This document shows positions 58,987 through 62,775 of a stretch of 62,775 nt of DNA, piece after piece. The first letter of the stretch is position 1. Every line of letters begins with the position of its first letter. The translations under genes were made by a program, and so were the position numbers. Origin of the DNA: an uncultured Dehalococcoidia bacterium (GTDB lineage Bacteria; Chloroflexota; Dehalococcoidia; DSTF01; JACRBR01); NCBI GenBank assembly GCA_964458665.1, contig CAYWOO010000110.1, forward strand, positions 1 through 62,775. Reading direction: 5' to 3'. Under the pieces are notes generated by a model. The model worked only from the letters and a program-made list of their open reading frames with translations. It searched no databases and had not been told where the DNA came from.

Positions 58987-60276
58987 TCAGTTCACGTTGA
59001 ATTCGATGGGGGCGTGGGCGGCGCCGGCATCGCGGATGCTCTTCGCAAAGCGGAGCACGAGTGCACGCTCGTCGTCGCGATCGGTCGCCCACCCGTCGAG
59101 GCGCGCCGCCCGGACGAGCTGGAGGCCGCGTTGTACCTGTGGCCCGGCGGGTACCCCCATCTCGATCAGTTCGTCACCACGGAGGATTGGCCTCACGTTG
59201 CGCCACTCCGCAAGGTAGCGGAGGGCCAGTTGCCGGGCAATCGGGTCGGATTCGATGGCGGCCCGTGCGGCGACCGCAGCGAGCGGGAAGCGATCGAGCA
59301 GCACGACGACGCCGGACGGCTTCGCGTCCGGCCTGCGCAGCATCGCGGCGACGCTCTGCATCGAGGCTGTGCCCGTGACCGCCTCGGCTTCGCTGCGCTT
59401 GAGTTTGAGGCGCGCGACGATCGCTGATGCTTCGGCGGGCGACGCGTTAGCGCTGAGGAGCGCGAAGCCGTACGGCAGCGCGGGCACGCGGTTCGGTACG
59501 GGATCCGCTAACGCGGTGCTGCGCGCGCGGTCCCACGAAAGTGCGGCGTGGATCTGCTGAAGAGCGGCGTATCGTACGGCAGCCTCGAGGGCGGATCCGC
59601 CGGTCGCTTCGCCGAGGATCAGTTCCAGTTCGCGGCGCAGGCGTTCGCCGCCGATGGCGCCGATGTAGGCGAGATCGCGCGTGAGAACGGTTGCGGTGTG
59701 CGGTTCGAGTGTGAACCCGAGGCGGGCGGCGTAGCGCAAGGCGCGGAACATGCGCGTGGCGTCGTCCTGGAACGACGCATCGTGGAGGACGCGAATGCGG
59801 CGCGCGGCGATGTCGGCAAGGCCGTCACATGGGTCGAGTAGCGCGCCTTCGCCGGAGAGGCGGAGGGCGATCGCGTTCATCGCGAAATCGCGACGGTGGA
59901 GGTCGGCCTCGATGCCGGCCGGAGCGATACGGGGGAGCGCACCGGGACGGGCGTACGCCTCGCTGCGTGCGGTCGCCGCGTCGATGCGTGTGCCGCCGAC
60001 GATCGCGCTGGCGGTGCGAAAGCGCGCGTGTACGGTGAGTTTCGTATCGGGCAGCGCGGCGTGCAGGATCGAAGGCGCGTCGCACTCCATGACGAGGTCG
60101 AGGTCTGTCATTTTGCGGTCGAGCAGCAGGTCGCGCACGGCGCCCGCGACGGCGTAGACCGCGCAGTGCGGCGCCGCAGCGGCCACGATCCGCTCTATGG
60201 CATCGCGGGTCGTTGCGGGGAGCTGCGCGAGCAGATCGCGGCGCAGTTGCGCGGGGGATGCATCGCTGCTTGTCAT
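58987..60276 (-). CDS. tRNA nucleotidyltransferase / poly(A) polymerase family (class II)
   Basis: AGAVRDLL, DLDL, RRDFAMNA, SFQDDATRMFRALRYAARLGF, GERLRREL. Confidence 0.9.
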   Translation of the reverse strand: MTSSDASPAQLRRDLLAQLPATTRDAIERIVAAAAPHCAVYAVAGAVRDLLLDRKMTDLDLVMECDAPSILHAALPDTKLTVHARFRTASAIVGGTRIDAATARSEAYARPGALPRIAPAGIEADLHRRDFAMNAIALRLSGEGALLDPCDGLADIAARRIRVLHDASFQDDATRMFRALRYAARLGFTLEPHTATVLTRDLAYIGAIGGERLRRELELILGEATGGSALEAAVRYAALQQIHAALSWDRARSTALADPVPNRVPALPYGFALLSANASPAEASAIVARLKLKRSEAEAVTGTASMQSVAAMLRRPDAKPSGVVVLLDRFPLAAVAARAAIESDPIARQLALRYLAEWRNVRPILRGDELIEMGVPAGPQVQRGLQLVRAARLDGWATDRDDERALVLRFAKSIRDAGAAHAPIEFNVN

Positions 60277-60304
60277 CGCTCTGGAGTATAGAGTCGCTGG
60301 CCGC

Positions 60305-60334
60305 TTGACAGTCCGACCGCGTGGTACCTATGAT
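60305..60334 (+). promoter_or_regulatory. Sigma70-type promoter upstream of the structured RNA / rnc
   Basis: TTGACA-N18-TATGAT. Confidence 0.7.
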
Positions 60335-60340
60335 CGGGGC

Positions 60341-60488
60341 GGCCTGGCGGCTGGTATGGGTTCAATCGGATGAGCGGGCGCGTGGGGAAGGAACCCCGAT
60401 GGCCGCAACCGAATGGAGTGAGAGGAACGCGATCGGCTGGGGGATGGTGCGCCATCTTTCGCCGGGCCAGGTGCCTGTCTCTCTTTTC
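60341..60488 (+). ncRNA. Candidate structured ncRNA or rnc leader
   Basis: The 5' arm GGCCTGGCG at the predicted +1 pairs with CGCCGGGCC (60460-60468); nested helices; pyrimidine tract at 60479-60488. Confidence 0.5.
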
Positions 60489-60578
60489 GATTGCCGCCCT
60501 CTGCGACCGCATCATGCGGTCGTCGCCGTTTTCACGCCGTACGTGGCTAGACTGCCCCGTGCGACGAGAGGTACGCAG

Positions 60579-61292
60579 TTGCCCGACTGGAGATCGCTCG
60601 AGGCCCGGCTTCACCTCAAGTTCAAGAATCCGGCCCTCCTCAAGCAGGCCCTCATCCACACGTCCTATCTGAATGAGAACCCGGGGATCGACGTTGGCTC
60701 GAACGAGCGGATGGAGTTCCTGGGCGATGCCGCGCTGGGTGTCGTCGTGGCGCAGCAGCTGTATCTGGAGTACCCGGACGTGGATGAAGGCAAGCTGACG
60801 GAGCTGCGCGCACACCTGGTGCGGCGGGACACGCTGGCACGGGCTGCGGCGCGCCTGGAACTGGGTGAGTTTCTACAGCTCGGGCGCGGCGAAGACGCGG
60901 CGGGTGGGCGGAAGCGGCCAACGAACATGGCGCGTGCGTACGAGGCGCTGGTCGGCGCGATCTTCCTCGACGGCGGCATCGTGAAGGTGCGGGCGTTCGT
61001 GAAACGCAGCCTGGGCGTCGAGCTGGCGGGCCTGCGGAAGAGCGGCATGCCGTACGACCCGAAGTCGAAACTGCAAGAGGTCGTGCAGTCGAAGTGGCAG
61101 ACGACGCCATCGTACAAACTGCTGCGGACCGAAGGGCCGGACCACGCGCGCCGGTTTACTGTGCAGGTGATGGTCGGCAGGCGCAGCATGGGCACGGGCG
61201 AGGGGCGGAGCAAGCAGATGGCGGAAAAACAAGCAGCGCAAGCGGCACTGGAAGAGATCGAGAAGAGCGAAGGAGAACTCGTTGTATCTTAA
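60579..61292 (+). CDS. rnc: Ribonuclease III
   Basis: NERMEFLGDAAL signature, YEALVGAIFLD, dsRBD PKSKLQE...GPDHARRF. TTG start after GAGAGG inferred. Confidence 0.95.
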   Translation: MPDWRSLEARLHLKFKNPALLKQALIHTSYLNENPGIDVGSNERMEFLGDAALGVVVAQQLYLEYPDVDEGKLTELRAHLVRRDTLARAAARLELGEFLQLGRGEDAAGGRKRPTNMARAYEALVGAIFLDGGIVKVRAFVKRSLGVELAGLRKSGMPYDPKSKLQEVVQSKWQTTPSYKLLRTEGPDHARRFTVQVMVGRRSMGTGEGRSKQMAEKQAAQAALEEIEKSEGELVVS

Positions 61293-62775
61293 GCGTCTCG
61301 ATGTCCAGGGCTTCAAGAGCTTCGCCAACAAGACGCAACTCCAGTTTGCGCCGGGCGTCACGTGCGTCGTCGGGCCGAACGGCACCGGCAAGACGAACGT
61401 GGCCGATTCGCTGCGTTGGGTGCTGGGCGAGCACGCGAGCCGGGCATTGCGCGCGCGCAAGACCGAAGACGTGATCTTCGCCGGCAGCGACAAGCGGGCG
61501 CCGCTGGGTGTCGCCGAAGTGAGCATCACACTCGACAACAGCCGGCACTGGCTGCCGATCGAGTTCGACGAGGTCGTCGTGACGCGCCGCGCGTATCGCA
61601 GCGGCGAGAACGAATACTTGATCAACAACTCGAAGGTGCGGCTGCGTGACGTCGTCGAGCTGTTCATGCGGGCGCAGGTGGGGCAGAACAGCTACGCGTT
61701 CATGGGGCAGGGCATGGTGGAGCAGGTGCTGAGCCTGCGGCCCGAAGACCGCCGCGCGTTGATCGAAGAAGCCGCCGACGTGCGGCTCTTCCGCGACAAG
61801 CTCGAGGATGCGCAGCGCAAGCTGAAGCAGACGCGCGAGAACACCGACCGCGTGCGCATGCTGGTGCGCGAGATCGAGCCGAGGATCAATCAGCTCGAGC
61901 GGCAGGCAGGGCGCGCGGTGAAGTATCAGGAACTGGCGCGGGAACTCGCTGCCACGTTGCACGTCTGGTACGCGCACCAGTGGCAGGAGATCAACAGCTT
62001 GCTGTTGTCCGCGATCACCACGCAGGACCAGCGCAACGAAGCGTTCGAGCAGGTAAAGGCGGAGGCGAAAGCCTGCGACGACGGCCTCGCGCAGTTGCGC
62101 GTGGCGATTGACGAGCGCAAGCGTGAGATCGGCGCGCGCGAGGCCCGGCTGCGGACGATGCAGGACTACGTAGCCGACCTCGAACGTCGCGTGGCGCTGG
62201 ACGGCGAGCGCGGCAAGATGCTGGCGCAGCGCCTGGAGGAACTGACGGCTGAGCTTGCGTCGCTGCGAAGCGACGAAGCGGCGCAGGGCGAGAGCGCGCC
62301 GCTGACTCAAACGGCGGAATTGGAGGCCCAACTCAACGCAGCTCGCGCGGAGCTGGCGACGCATCGGGCGCGGCTGGGTGAAGTCGAGCAGGAGCTGCTG
62401 CGCGTGCAACGCGCCGCGCTGGCGAGCGAGCAGGCAGCGGCACGCGCGCTGGCGGCTGTTGAGGATCTGAGCCGCCGCATTACAGAAAGCACGGATACGG
62501 TAGCGCGGCTGCGGCTTGAGCGTGATGCCTCGATCGAGGATCGCCGCAAGGCGATCAACGAGCTGGCGGCGTGGGCGAAGGAGTACGCGGGCATCGCGCA
62601 CGAGCTGACGCTGACGGGGCCGGGGCTGGATCAGGCGATCGCCGACCGAGCGAAGGAATCCGATGCTGGTGCCGAGTACCGGCGTGGGCAGACCACGATC
62701 GAGGAAGATCTACGGTCGCTGCGCAGCCAGATCGACGCGGTAGGCGTCCGCATGGAGATGATGGAGTCGATCGAC
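61282..62775 (+). CDS. smc: Chromosome segregation protein SMC (5' part; runs off the window)
   Basis: Manual translation MYLKRLDVQGFKSFANK...VVGPNGTGKTNVADSLRWVLGE, followed by coiled coil. Confidence 0.95.
   Translation, partial: MYLKRLDVQGFKSFANKTQLQFAPGVTCVVGPNGTGKTNVADSLRWVLGEHASRALRARKTEDVIFAGSDKRAPLGVAEVSITLDNSRHWLPIEFDEVVVTRRAYRSGENEYLINNSKVRLRDVVELFMRAQVGQNSYAFMGQGMVEQVLSLRPEDRRALIEEAADVRLFRDKLEDAQRKLKQTRENTDRVRMLVREIEPRINQLERQAGRAVKYQELARELAATLHVWYAHQWQEINSLLLSAITTQDQRNEAFEQVKAEAKACDDGLAQLRVAIDERKREIGAREARLRTMQDYVADLERRVALDGERGKMLAQRLEELTAELASLRSDEAAQGESAPLTQTAELEAQLNAARAELATHRARLGEVEQELLRVQRAALASEQAAARALAAVEDLSRRITESTDTVARLRLERDASIEDRRKAINELAAWAKEYAGIAHELTLTGPGLDQAIADRAKESDAGAEYRRGQTTIEEDLRSLRSQIDAVGVRMEMMESID

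Noticed and set aside
60341-60488. Known riboswitch (fluoride, cobalamin), SRP RNA or tmRNA
   Set aside because: Only fragmentary resemblance (GATGGTG.GCC, CCGCAAC); core consensus elements are missing.
60321-60578. 86-aa N-terminal extension of RNase III
   Set aside because: It begins inside the promoter and is not RNase III-like; there is an RBS plus TTG at 60579.
61156-62601. Long antisense ORFs (e.g. 61156-62601, 23098-24201, 40735-42378, 51585-53207)
   Set aside because: Shadow ORFs opposite well-supported genes, expected in high-GC DNA; Arg/Pro/Ala-rich with no motifs.

Overview
Visibly high-GC bacterial chromosome segment (GC not computed), with most genes on the + strand. It is most consistent with Chloroflexota/Dehalococcoidia; this is an inference from gene content, protein families and repeat types. 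Core content: MFS transporter, TPP-dependent acyl-CoA lyase, folC-fabF-galE, csp, LOG, etfBA, a GGDEF/GAF/HD-GYP protein, ligD, an ArsR metal cassette, a full sufR-C-B-D-Rieske-S-U-(VOC)-T operon, gltBD, two PIN toxin-antitoxin pairs, an aquaporin, usp, dinG, a tRNA nucleotidyltransferase, rnc and the 5' part of smc. No rRNA, tRNA or CRISPR array was seen. The main unexplained structures are: (1) several families of REP-like palindromes and short periodic repeats, all in one strand orientation, some translated in-frame inside FolC, SufD and the SufB C-terminus; (2) two tandem secreted proteins with unrelated N-termini and a shared, about 80% identical, dockerin-like C-terminal tail; (3) an internally deleted IS1202/ISNCY-type element truncating a methyltransferase gene; (4) a promoter-delimited structured RNA upstream of rnc; (5) a small PHD-finger-like Cys/His protein. 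Two homopolymer frameshifts may be assembly errors. All calls come from motif recognition by eye; no searches were run.
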